From Candidatus Iainarchaeum sp. (GTDB lineage Archaea; Iainarchaeota; Iainarchaeia; Iainarchaeales; 0-14-0-20-30-16): DNA of 32,000 nucleotides. Where the stretch lies: the NCBI GenBank assembly GCA_028710695.1, contig JAQTTP010000001.1:150001-182000 (forward strand), given 5' to 3'. Position numbers and translations under genes: made by a program. Positions 9,174 to 17,319 of the stretch are shown one piece after another (positions within the stretch are counted from its first letter, which is position 1; each line of letters opens with the position of its first letter). The notes below the pieces were generated by a model. The model was given only the letters and a program-made list of their open reading frames with translations, did not search any database and was not told where the DNA came from.

Positions 9174-9310
9174 TGGTTGTCTATAAATGCATAAGATGCG
9201 GGGCAGAATTCGAGTCTTTAATAGATGGTGAAGTAAGATGCCCACAATGCGCCTTTAGAGTTATAGAGAAAAAGAGACAAAGATTTGCAAAGTCTGTAAA
9301 AGCAATATAA
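9173..9310 (+). CDS. rpoP: DNA-directed RNA polymerase subunit P (Rpb12/RpoP)
   Basis: 45-aa ORF MVVYKCIRCGAEFESLIDGEVRCPQCAFRVIEKKRQRFAKSVKAI*, overlaps the eL43 stop by 1 nt. Absent from the ORF track because of size. Confidence 0.93.
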   Translation: MVVYKCIRCGAEFESLIDGEVRCPQCAFRVIEKKRQRFAKSVKAI

Positions 9311-9332
9311 CTCTCTTTTTTTATTGATTTTT

Positions 9333-9803
9333 ATGACTAATCTGATTACAACTTCAAGAAAGCCAGGAAGAAACCTGAGAAAGTTTGTTAGGCAGGTTTG
9401 TCCAATCTTTAATACTAAATATTTTGTTAGAGGGAAAACATCAGTAAAAGAACTTGCAGAATATTTGGAGTATGAAGGATATGACAAGTTGATTGTTGTA
9501 TCTGAATTTAAAGGAAATCCGGGATCTTTGATAATTTACACAAGCAAAAATGGATTTTTTAAACAAGAAAGAAAATACAAAATTACTTATTACAAGCTTT
9601 CTGAGAAGAAGATGCAGTTCCCTAAATATGAAATAGAATTGGAAGACAAAGAAAACAAAGACTTTTTCAAATATCTGGGGACAGAAAATGAAAAAGTAGA
9701 CGCAAAGATAATTGATGATAAGGGAATAATAAAAATAAAAAAAGGAAAAGATACATATCTGAGTTTTAAGGTAGAAAAAGTGGTGGAAAAATGCCTGAAA
9801 TGA
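9333..9803 (+). CDS. Brix domain rRNA biogenesis protein (Imp4-like)
   Basis: LITTSRKPGRNLRKFVRQVCPIFNTKYFVRGKTSVKELAEYLEYEGYDKLIVVSEFKGNPGSLIIY. Confidence 0.88.
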   Translation: MTNLITTSRKPGRNLRKFVRQVCPIFNTKYFVRGKTSVKELAEYLEYEGYDKLIVVSEFKGNPGSLIIYTSKNGFFKQERKYKITYYKLSEKKMQFPKYEIELEDKENKDFFKYLGTENEKVDAKIIDDKGIIKIKKGKDTYLSFKVEKVVEKCLK

Positions 9804-10015
9804 AGATTTTTATAACTGAGAATTTTAAAGATATATATAAAATAATAACTCAGGAGAAAGAGATTAATAGTAGAACAAAAACTGAGTTCAACCTGAAGAA
9901 AGACGGGTTGGAGATAGTAACAAAAGCAAAAGATTATGTTGCTTTAAGAGCAAATATGAACTCTCTTTTGCAGAAGCTTGCATTAATAAATAATACTTAT
10001 TCGGAGAAGAGGTGA
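9791..10015 (+). CDS. KEOPS complex subunit Pcc1-like
   Basis: 74 aa; INSRTKTEFNLKKDGLEIVTKAKDYVALRANMNSLLQKLALINNTYS, in the position usual for Pcc1 before prefoldin beta. Confidence 0.72.
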   Translation: MPEMKIFITENFKDIYKIITQEKEINSRTKTEFNLKKDGLEIVTKAKDYVALRANMNSLLQKLALINNTYSEKR

Positions 10016-10022
10016 ATAATTT

Positions 10023-10376
10023 ATGGATCAAAAAGAAATAATGGAATTTAATAACTATAGTAACCAGATGAATATGCTTAATGCTCAAACTATGAACATA
10101 AAAGGAATGATGGATAAAATAAAAGAAAACATAGATGAGTTAAATAAAAGCAAGGAAACACATGGTTACAAGAATTTGGGATTAGTTTTGATAAAGAAAC
10201 CAAAGGCAGATTTGGTAAAAGAGTTAGAAGAAACTAAAAAGTCTTTAGACTTGAGATTAAAGACTATTGATAAGCAAGAGAAGATTGTTTCAGCAAAGTT
10301 AGAAGAACTTAAAGCTAAGTTCGAGTTAGAACAAAAGAAACAAGAAAAAGATGCTGAAAAGAAGGATAAGAAATAA
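10023..10376 (+). CDS. pfdB: Prefoldin subunit beta
   Basis: Coiled-coil with YKNLGLVLIKKPKADLVKELEETKKSLDLRLKTIDKQEK. Confidence 0.9.
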   Translation: MDQKEIMEFNNYSNQMNMLNAQTMNIKGMMDKIKENIDELNKSKETHGYKNLGLVLIKKPKADLVKELEETKKSLDLRLKTIDKQEKIVSAKLEELKAKFELEQKKQEKDAEKKDKK

Positions 10377-10431
10377 TTAAGATAAGAGTTTAGAAGTAAG
10401 GTATATTAATCCCTTACTCTATTTTTATATT

Positions 10432-11223
10432 ATGCCTAGAAAACAGCCACAAAAAATTGCAACAAAAAAACAATATGTTGCCCCTAAATGTATAGAACTC
10501 AGGGGGAAAGATGTAAGTATTTGGCAGACTAAAGAACGTAGAGATATGGTTCAGTGGAAATTAGAAACTGATCCACCAGATATTGCTAGAAGGCGGTTGG
10601 CACTTCTTGCTAAAGGTACAAAAAAATGCCTTGGGCAAAAAAATGTGACTATTTTTGTGAAAAATGTAACTCAAAAAGAATTAGATATAATTGATAAGTT
10701 AAGGAAAGCTGGAATATTTACAGAAATGCCTTTTGATTTTAAATTAAAAACTGCCGGCGGTCGTGAACGTGGGCCAATGGGCTTTTTAAATGCTGGTGAA
10801 TCTTTTGCCAAGGCTACGATAAGGGCAAATAATGCAAAATTAAGAGCCATGTTTATGCCAGTAGCTGACATTATTGGGCAGATGCATGCTTTAGGTGTAG
10901 AGCACGGGCATGTGACTACAAGCAACGTTCACATCCATAATGGGCGCTTGTGTTTAGTTGATTTTTCAATAGCTGAACAACACTTAGTTGACTGGAATTC
11001 TGTGGGTAGTATCTATAATGCATTTGTAAGAGATTATACTACTAGAATAACAAGAAGCAAAAGCCAATATGCAAATATGACTTTTTGTAAAGAATTTTTC
11101 AGAAGAATGATTTCTCATTATCCTACATCAGAACAAATAAAAAGTGAATTAATTAATAAACTGAATAATGATTTGGAAAATTATAGATCCAGGGATTTAT
11201 TGCCTTATCATGGGCCATGTTAA
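10432..11223 (+). CDS. Protein-kinase-fold (Bud32-like) protein with altered catalytic motifs
   Basis: IGQMHALGVEHGHVTTSNVHIHNGRLCLVDFSIAE matches the Bud32-type HGDLTTSN...DFG region, with HGD changed to HGH and DFG to DFS. Confidence 0.6.
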   Translation: MPRKQPQKIATKKQYVAPKCIELRGKDVSIWQTKERRDMVQWKLETDPPDIARRRLALLAKGTKKCLGQKNVTIFVKNVTQKELDIIDKLRKAGIFTEMPFDFKLKTAGGRERGPMGFLNAGESFAKATIRANNAKLRAMFMPVADIIGQMHALGVEHGHVTTSNVHIHNGRLCLVDFSIAEQHLVDWNSVGSIYNAFVRDYTTRITRSKSQYANMTFCKEFFRRMISHYPTSEQIKSELINKLNNDLENYRSRDLLPYHGPC

Positions 11224-11234
11224 TTTGTAAGTTT

Positions 11235-12008
11235 TTATATTTTTATTTCTGTTTTTTTACAGTTATCTAGGACAATTAGTTTTGTATTTTTTAACTTCTC
11301 TGAAGCTCTTTCTTTGAGTTTATCCATATTTGTTTTTATTAGAGAAAATGTGTTGTAGTGCATAGGTATTGTTACTTTGGGTTCTGTTTTCCTCGCAAAA
11401 GCAACGAATTCAAAAATATCCATTGTGAAAACTCCTCCGCAAGGAAGGATTGCAATATCTACTTTTACATCTATGTTTTGGTCGTAGGTATCACCTGCAA
11501 AATATATGTCTTTTTCTTGGTATTTTAATAAAAATCCAACACTATACTGGGATTGTGGGTGTTGTGCAGGAACTACGATAACATCCATATTTGCGACCTT
11601 TATTTTATCATCTATTTTTATTGTTCTTTTTTGTGAGTTTTCAAGATCTAATTGGTTTGTTACTAATGATGGTGCAATAACTGGGCAATTATCCCTTTTT
11701 GCTAAAAATTCAACTGCACCTTTGTCAAAGTGGTCAAAGTGCTCGTGGCTAATAAAAATTGCATCTAGTTTTGGAATTGCTTCTTTTGTTATTTCTAATT
11801 TTTCTGCTGCCTCAAAATTATCTGGGGCATTGCTTCCAAAGAAAGGATCAAAAAGAATTGTTTTGTCAAAGAAGTTAATTAGAATAAAGCTGTGCCAGTA
11901 TTTTGTAATATAAATCTTGTCTTGTGTGCACTCCTCTACTTTTTTAGGCATTAACTTTTTTAGAAGTTGAACCATAAAATATATTGGATGGAATAGCTTT
12001 AAAAACAA
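11235..12008 (-). CDS. Metallo-beta-lactamase-fold hydrolase (UlaG-like)
   Basis: LDAIFISHEHFDHFD motif; VPAQHPQSQYSVGFLL; YFAGDTYDQ; IPMHYNTF. Confidence 0.85.
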   Translation of the reverse strand: MFLKLFHPIYFMVQLLKKLMPKKVEECTQDKIYITKYWHSFILINFFDKTILFDPFFGSNAPDNFEAAEKLEITKEAIPKLDAIFISHEHFDHFDKGAVEFLAKRDNCPVIAPSLVTNQLDLENSQKRTIKIDDKIKVANMDVIVVPAQHPQSQYSVGFLLKYQEKDIYFAGDTYDQNIDVKVDIAILPCGGVFTMDIFEFVAFARKTEPKVTIPMHYNTFSLIKTNMDKLKERASEKLKNTKLIVLDNCKKTEIKI

Positions 12009-12235
12009 CTTAGTTAATAATTATCATACTATAATGCCTTTTTTCACCGTTTTTACCTTAAATTACTTCGAAAATAGCCTCCCAAAGCCCCCTTTGCCAA
12101 AAGGTAACTTTTTTAAAGCAATGTCCTTCTATAATAATATATCTAATCACAAAGCAAGTTTTTCCGAACCGAAACTTCTTTAAGATTAAGACATTTCATA
12201 AGATAATTGGATTTTTTGATAAAAGGTGAATAAAA

Positions 12236-12655
12236 ATGGTTAGTGTTTATGACGTACATCACAGTAAGCTTATAGCTGCTGTGGCTAAAGAACTTAAGGA
12301 AAAGGTAGAAGCACCAAAGTTTACTGTTTTTGCAAAAACAGGAAAGATGAAAGAAAGGTCACCACAAGATATAGACTGGTACTACTCTAGATTGGCTGCT
12401 GTTTTTAGAAAGTTTTATGTAAAAGGAACAATAACAACAAATGTATTGACTATTCTTTATGGTGGAAAGAAGAACTACGGAGTAGAGCCAGAGCACTTTT
12501 GTAAAGGATCTGGGGCTATAGCAAGACATTGTGTTCAGGATCTTGAGAAATTAGGCTATTTAAAGAAAACAGATAAAGGAAGAACAATAACTCAAGCAGG
12601 TAGAACTTATTTGGATAAGGTGGCTTATACTATAATTAAGTCTGAGAAGAAGTGA
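12236..12655 (+). CDS. rps19e: Ribosomal protein eS19
   Basis: DIDWYYSRLAAVFRKFYVKGTITTNVLTILYGGKKNYGVEPEHFCKGSGAIARHCVQDLEKLGYL. Confidence 0.97.
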   Translation: MVSVYDVHHSKLIAAVAKELKEKVEAPKFTVFAKTGKMKERSPQDIDWYYSRLAAVFRKFYVKGTITTNVLTILYGGKKNYGVEPEHFCKGSGAIARHCVQDLEKLGYLKKTDKGRTITQAGRTYLDKVAYTIIKSEKK

Positions 12656-12660
12656 TAAAG

Positions 12661-12846
12661 ATGAAAGATTCAGGTATTAAGGAATATTTAATTTCACAAA
12701 GAAAGAAAATGAAAGCAGGAGTATCTGGTGCCCCAGTATGGGTTATGATGAAATCCGGAAAAAGAATCTGGAATAAAAAAGGAAAAAGACACTGGAGAAG
12801 AACTGAGTTTGGACACGAGTATGACCGAGTTATTGGGAAATACTAG
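12661..12846 (+). CDS. rpl39e: Ribosomal protein eL39
   Basis: GAPVWVMMKSGKRIWNKKGKRHWRRTEFG matches the L39e core. Confidence 0.88.
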   Translation: MKDSGIKEYLISQRKKMKAGVSGAPVWVMMKSGKRIWNKKGKRHWRRTEFGHEYDRVIGKY

Positions 12847-12864
12847 AACCAAAGGATTTAGGGT

Positions 12865-13287
12865 GTGATTATTGTGGTAGATACAAAGAATATTAAAGTT
12901 GGAATAAATGTAGTTGGAAAGCATAGAAAAAGAAGAGCAACATTTGCAATTAGATTTTTAAGAAAAGAAATCGAAAAGCACTTGAGAACTAAAGATTATG
13001 CTTTAGACAACAGCGTAAACAGTTTTGTTTGGAAAAGAGGAAAAGCAGAAAGCCCAACACAAGTTGATATGACTGTTTTAATGGAAAAAGTGCCAAGACT
13101 ATTTTTGGCAAACTCTCCAGAGCTGAAAGCTTACTTAGAAAAAGGTAAAGAAAAGAAGGAAGCTAAAGAGAAGAAAGCAGAGCCAAAGAAAGAAGATAAA
13201 AAAGAAGAAGTAAAGAAAGAGCCTGCAAAAGAAGATGCTAAACCAAAAGTAAAAGCCCCTAAAAAAGAAGCAAAGAAGAAAGAATAA
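12865..13287 (+). CDS. rpl31e: Ribosomal protein eL31 with charged C-terminal extension
   Basis: RATFAIRFLRKEIEKHLRTKDYALDNSVNSFVWKRG; tail KEKKEAKEKKAEPKKEDKKEE. GTG start, possibly at 12874. Confidence 0.93.
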   Translation: MIIVVDTKNIKVGINVVGKHRKRRATFAIRFLRKEIEKHLRTKDYALDNSVNSFVWKRGKAESPTQVDMTVLMEKVPRLFLANSPELKAYLEKGKEKKEAKEKKAEPKKEDKKEEVKKEPAKEDAKPKVKAPKKEAKKKE

Positions 13288-13315
13288 GGGCGTTAAATTA
13301 AGGCAAGTAGGTGTT

Positions 13316-13335
13316 GTGACAAATTTTTTTGTCGC
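13316..13335 (+). promoter_or_regulatory. Small inverted repeat just upstream of aIF6
   Basis: GTGACAAA-TTTT-TTTGTCGC: 8-bp stem including one G-U pair, 4-nt loop. Confidence 0.4.
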
Positions 13336-13347
13336 AGCCTCTTTTTT

Positions 13348-14016
13348 GTGATATTTATGATTATAAAGAAGACTAATTTTAAGTCATATACAACAATAGG
13401 AATTTTTTGTTCAATTTCAGAGAACATTGCACTATTGCCATTGGATGCATCTGCTAAGTTTGAAGGAATAATAAAAGATGTCTTTGGGGTTGAGGTAATA
13501 AAAACAAGCCTTGGGGAAACAAACTTGCTTGGAAGCCTTTCAAAAATATATGGTAAGAAAGCGATTGTATCTAATATTACAACAGATAAAGAGATTAAGT
13601 ATTTAGAAGACCTTGGATTGAAAACTTTGAGATTGAATGCTTACCACGCAGTTGGGAATTTGATTTCAGTAAATAAAAATGCAGCTTTATTGAGCAAAAT
13701 AATAAGTGATGCAGATAATAAAAAAATATCAAAGTTCTATTCTTTGGATTTTGATTCTTTTAATGTTGCAGGAACAGATTTAGTTGGGAGTGTTTTAGCT
13801 ACAACTGACGAGGCTTTTGCAGTAAGTTCTAGTGTTAGTGAAAAAGATTTTGAAAAAATAAAAAACTTGTTTAAAGTTGATGGAAATGTTGCAACTGTAA
13901 ATTATGGTGACGGGTTTGTTTCAAATGGGTTGCTAGTTAATACTAAAGGTTTAATAGTTGGTGAAAAGACAACTGGATATGAAATAATGAGATTGGATGA
14001 AATCTTTAGAAAATGA
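13348..14016 (+). CDS. eif6: Translation initiation factor 6 (aIF6)
   Basis: GIFCSISENIALLPLDAS...NLLGSLSKIYGKKAIVSNITTDKEI...YHAVGNLISVNKNAALLS; likely start ATG 13357. Confidence 0.92.
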   Translation: MIFMIIKKTNFKSYTTIGIFCSISENIALLPLDASAKFEGIIKDVFGVEVIKTSLGETNLLGSLSKIYGKKAIVSNITTDKEIKYLEDLGLKTLRLNAYHAVGNLISVNKNAALLSKIISDADNKKISKFYSLDFDSFNVAGTDLVGSVLATTDEAFAVSSSVSEKDFEKIKNLFKVDGNVATVNYGDGFVSNGLLVNTKGLIVGEKTTGYEIMRLDEIFRK

Positions 14017-14032
14017 TATTTGAGGTGGGATT

Positions 14033-14503
14033 ATGGCTGATACTAAGGAAACTAAAAAACCAGAAAAACAAGTAAGACAAATACAAATGACTCCAGAAAT
14101 GGCAAAGAATATAGTCAAGATAAGTAGACAGAATTTGAATAAAGTATTACAAAGAAAAGCACAAGTTGAACAAGGAATTCTTGGTTTGGATGCAACTTTG
14201 GCTAATGTTGATGCTCTACAAAATAACACTGATGAGCAAGGAATGATAAATTTGGGAAATGGGGTGTTTGTTTCATTAAAATTCCCTGAAAACACAAAGA
14301 AAGCATTATTCCAAATTGGAAACGATATTTTAATAGATAAAGAGTTTTCAGAAATAAAGAAAGTATTGGATTCAAAGAGATTGAATTTACAAAAAGAATA
14401 TGAATTTTTAATAAAACAAGAAGGAGAATTAACAGAAAATTTGAATAAGCTTTATTTCTACCTTTCAAATGTTGAAAAAGCAGTAAAAGAAGCAAAGAAG
14501 TAA
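14033..14503 (+). CDS. pfdA: Prefoldin subunit alpha
   Basis: N- and C-terminal coiled coils around NLGNGVFVSLKFPENTKKALFQIGNDILIDKEF; context before ftsY. Confidence 0.82.
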   Translation: MADTKETKKPEKQVRQIQMTPEMAKNIVKISRQNLNKVLQRKAQVEQGILGLDATLANVDALQNNTDEQGMINLGNGVFVSLKFPENTKKALFQIGNDILIDKEFSEIKKVLDSKRLNLQKEYEFLIKQEGELTENLNKLYFYLSNVEKAVKEAKK

Positions 14504-14529
14504 AATAGAAAGATCTGCGGGGCGGAGAA

Positions 14530-15783
14530 ATGTTCAAGTTGCTTAAGTCTGCATTTTCAAAAGTTGCAGACGTATTAAAATCAAAAAAAGAAGTTATAGA
14601 AACTCCTGCAGAAAAACCAGAAGAAACAAAGGTTGTTCCAAAAGAAGAACCTAAGCAAGAAATAAAGGCGGAACAAAAGAAAGAAGAAATAGTTAAAGCA
14701 GTAAAAGAAATAAAAAAAGAAAAGGAAAAACCAAAACAAAAAGAAATAAAGCCAAAGGAAGAACCTAAAGAGCAAAAGGTAGAAGAACCAAAAACAGAAA
14801 ACAAAGACAAACCACAACTAAACAAAGAAGAGCCAACTCAAACCAAAGCAAAGGAAAAACAGGATAAAGTTGTTGACAACCTACATGGCAGCAAAGAAAA
14901 AGAACTAGTTTCTGCCCCTTCTTTTAAAACAAAATTAAAATCTCTTTTTTCTGAAAAAATATCTTTATCTGAAAATGATTTAAAAGATATAAAAGAAAAG
15001 TTTGAAATTGTTCTATTGCAAAGTGATTTTTCTGTTGAAATACTTGATTCTATTTTAAATAATTTTATTGGAAAATTGAAGTTAGGAATTGAAAAGAAAA
15101 AGAATCTAGATTCTGAAATAAAAGAAAAATTCTTAGAAACTCTATTTGAGTTAGTTACTTTAGATAAAGGTACATTATTTTCATTATCTGCAAAACCAGC
15201 AAAGATACTATTCGTTGGCCCAAATGGTTGCGGAAAAACAACAACTATTGCAAAGCTTGCAAAGATGATTTTAGATAACAAAAAGAGCGTTGTAATGGCA
15301 GCAGGCGATACTTTTAGGGCGGCATCTATAGAGCAGTTGAAAGAACATGCAAATAATTTAAAAGTACCAATTATTGCAGGGAATTATGGTAGTGACCCAA
15401 CTTCTATTGCTTTTGATGCTGTAACTTTTGCAAAAAATAAAAATATTGATTATGTTTTAATTGATACTGCGGGAAGACAAGAAACAAATTCTTCTTTAAT
15501 GAATGAACTAAAGAAAATGAAAAGAGTAATAAATCCAGATTTAGTGATTTATGTTGCAGAATCTATTGCTGGGCAGGCAGTTGTAAACCAAGTTAAGGAA
15601 TTTGAAAAAGAAATTGGAGTTAATGCCTTTATTATTACAAAAGCAGACGTAGATTCAAAAGGCGGGACAGCTTTTTCTCTTAATATTTTCTTTAAGAAGC
15701 CAATATTATTCTTAGGAACTGGGCAAGGATATAAAGATTTAGTTCTATTTGAAAAAGATGCTTTACAAGGTTTATTTGAGTGA
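14530..15783 (+). CDS. ftsY: Signal recognition particle receptor FtsY
   Basis: VGPNGCGKTTTIAKLAKMILDNKKSVVMAAGDTFRAASIEQL...DTAGRQETN...ITKADVDSKGGTAFSL; K/E-rich N-terminal region. Confidence 0.96.
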   Translation: MFKLLKSAFSKVADVLKSKKEVIETPAEKPEETKVVPKEEPKQEIKAEQKKEEIVKAVKEIKKEKEKPKQKEIKPKEEPKEQKVEEPKTENKDKPQLNKEEPTQTKAKEKQDKVVDNLHGSKEKELVSAPSFKTKLKSLFSEKISLSENDLKDIKEKFEIVLLQSDFSVEILDSILNNFIGKLKLGIEKKKNLDSEIKEKFLETLFELVTLDKGTLFSLSAKPAKILFVGPNGCGKTTTIAKLAKMILDNKKSVVMAAGDTFRAASIEQLKEHANNLKVPIIAGNYGSDPTSIAFDAVTFAKNKNIDYVLIDTAGRQETNSSLMNELKKMKRVINPDLVIYVAESIAGQAVVNQVKEFEKEIGVNAFIITKADVDSKGGTAFSLNIFFKKPILFLGTGQGYKDLVLFEKDALQGLFE

Positions 15784-15787
15784 TTTT

Positions 15788-16312
15788 ATGCTAATTGTTT
15801 TTAGGTATGGGCATAGGGCCTTTAGAGATATAAGGGTTACAACCCATTGTGCTCTTGTTTCGAGAGTTTTTGGAGCAGATAAGTTAGTTTACTATGGGCA
15901 AAGAGATGACTCTTTTGAAAAATCCTTACAAAAAACAGTTGGACAATGGGGTGGAAAGTTTAAAGTAGAATATGCTGAAGACTTTGTTGATTACCTGACA
16001 AAAAAGAAAGAAGAAGGATTTAAAATAGTCCACCTTACCATGTTTGGAGTAAATCTTCCTGATTTTGAGCCTTATTTTAAAAAACTGAGAAAAGAAAAAA
16101 AGATTCTTATTTTTGTGGGCGCAGAGAAAGTTCCTGGAGAAGTTTACAAAATTGCAGATTACAATGTTGCTGTTGGGAATCAGCCACACTCTGAGATTGC
16201 TGCTTTGGCTGTATTTTTGGACAGGCTTCAAGAAGGTAAGGAACTTAAGAAAAAATATCCAGGGGCAAAAACAAAAATAAAAAACGGTTTTAGGAATACT
16301 TTAAAAGAATAA
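15788..16312 (+). CDS. tRNA (cytidine(56)-2'-O)-methyltransferase Trm56
   Basis: RYGHRAFRDIRVTTHCALVSRVFGADKLVYYG...HLTMFGVNLPD...IFVGAEKVPGEVYKIADYNVAVGNQPHSEIAALAVFLDRL. Confidence 0.93.
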   Translation: MLIVFRYGHRAFRDIRVTTHCALVSRVFGADKLVYYGQRDDSFEKSLQKTVGQWGGKFKVEYAEDFVDYLTKKKEEGFKIVHLTMFGVNLPDFEPYFKKLRKEKKILIFVGAEKVPGEVYKIADYNVAVGNQPHSEIAALAVFLDRLQEGKELKKKYPGAKTKIKNGFRNTLKE

Positions 16313-16360
16313 AATATAAAAGTAGGGCAAGAATCGCCCTAGTTAGGCAAAGAAATTGGT

Positions 16361-16553
16361 TCATGCCTTTCTTAGTTCTCTGAACACAGTCATATTTGAG
16401 ATTCCTAAAGCGCTTGCTATGTCTCTAGTACTAAAACCATCAGCATATAGAGAACAAATTAGGTCTGTTCTAGAATTGTCCTTCAGAGTGATGCCAACAA
16501 TATGAATTAGCTCCTTCTGCGAAATATCTTGATATTAAATTCTTGTTACTCAT
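16361..16553 (-). pseudogene. Small HTH protein gene interrupted by a frameshift
   Basis: After GGAGGGTG and ATG 16553: MSNKNLIS..., then a frame change near 16525-16535 opens DISQKELIHIVGITLKDNSRTDLICSLYADGFSTRDIASALGISNMTVFRELRKA* (HTH), which has no start codon of its own. Confidence 0.5.
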
Positions 16554-16668
16554 GATTGCATCACCCTCCGTATACATAAAATATGAAGAATATGGGGCTA
16601 CAAAGGTTTTTAAATGGGTGTAACTGGGGTTACGCAGGCTTTTAAAAGAAATCACTCTGGATTTAAGT

Positions 16669-17319
16669 ATGAACAAATTCATCTTTGACATGGACGGGAC
16701 TCTGTATAATTTCAAAGATGCTATTCCTGGAAAGTTTTATGATACCGGTTTTTACAGTGATTTAAAAAAGAACATCTATTCTTATCTTGGAGAAAAAATG
16801 GGTTTTAATAGAGAAAGAATTGATAAAGAACTGGCTGTTGCGGTCAGAGACTTTAATGGGGAATATAGTTTATATTTTGAAAAAGTCCACGGGATAGACA
16901 GGTATGAGTATTTAAGTAAAGTATTTAGCTTGGATCCTGAAAAGCATATAGTAAAAACAAAAGGACTTCCAGAGTTTTATGCTAAGATTAAGGACAGATC
17001 ATTAATACTAACCACTGCGCCAAAATCCTGGGCAAAAAAGGTATTAACTTATTTAGAAATAGTGGACTATGTTGGTGATAATTTAATAACTGGGGAACCA
17101 GATATTAGAAAGCCAAATCCTCTTGTATTTATTAATGCTCTAAAAATGCTTAAATCTGAACCAGAAAATACTTATTCTATTGGAGATCAAGAACATTCAG
17201 ATATAATTCCCGCAAAGAATATTGGGATAAAAACAATAATTGTTGGAAAAAGTAAATCTGCAGATTACGAAGTTAAGGATACAAAAGAATTGATGAAACT
17301 GGTCGAGGAACTGTTATGA
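16669..17319 (+). CDS. HAD family hydrolase (pyrimidine 5'-nucleotidase-like)
   Basis: FIFDMDGTLYNFKDA; LILTTAPKSW; RKPNPLVF; YSIGDQEHSDIIPAKNIGIKTIIV. Confidence 0.85.
   Translation: MNKFIFDMDGTLYNFKDAIPGKFYDTGFYSDLKKNIYSYLGEKMGFNRERIDKELAVAVRDFNGEYSLYFEKVHGIDRYEYLSKVFSLDPEKHIVKTKGLPEFYAKIKDRSLILTTAPKSWAKKVLTYLEIVDYVGDNLITGEPDIRKPNPLVFINALKMLKSEPENTYSIGDQEHSDIIPAKNIGIKTIIVGKSKSADYEVKDTKELMKLVEELL

Noticed and set aside
12009-12235. Roughly 230-nt intergenic gap upstream of eS19
   Set aside because: Checked for tRNA-like or strong hairpin structure and ORFs; nothing convincing beyond AT-rich promoter-like sequence between divergent genes.
14202-14825. Minus-strand 207-aa and 78-aa ORFs over pfdA/ftsY
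   Set aside because: Antisense of Lys/Glu-rich codons gives Phe/Ser-rich artefacts (FFLFFFFW...); ftsY and pfdA are clearly the real genes.
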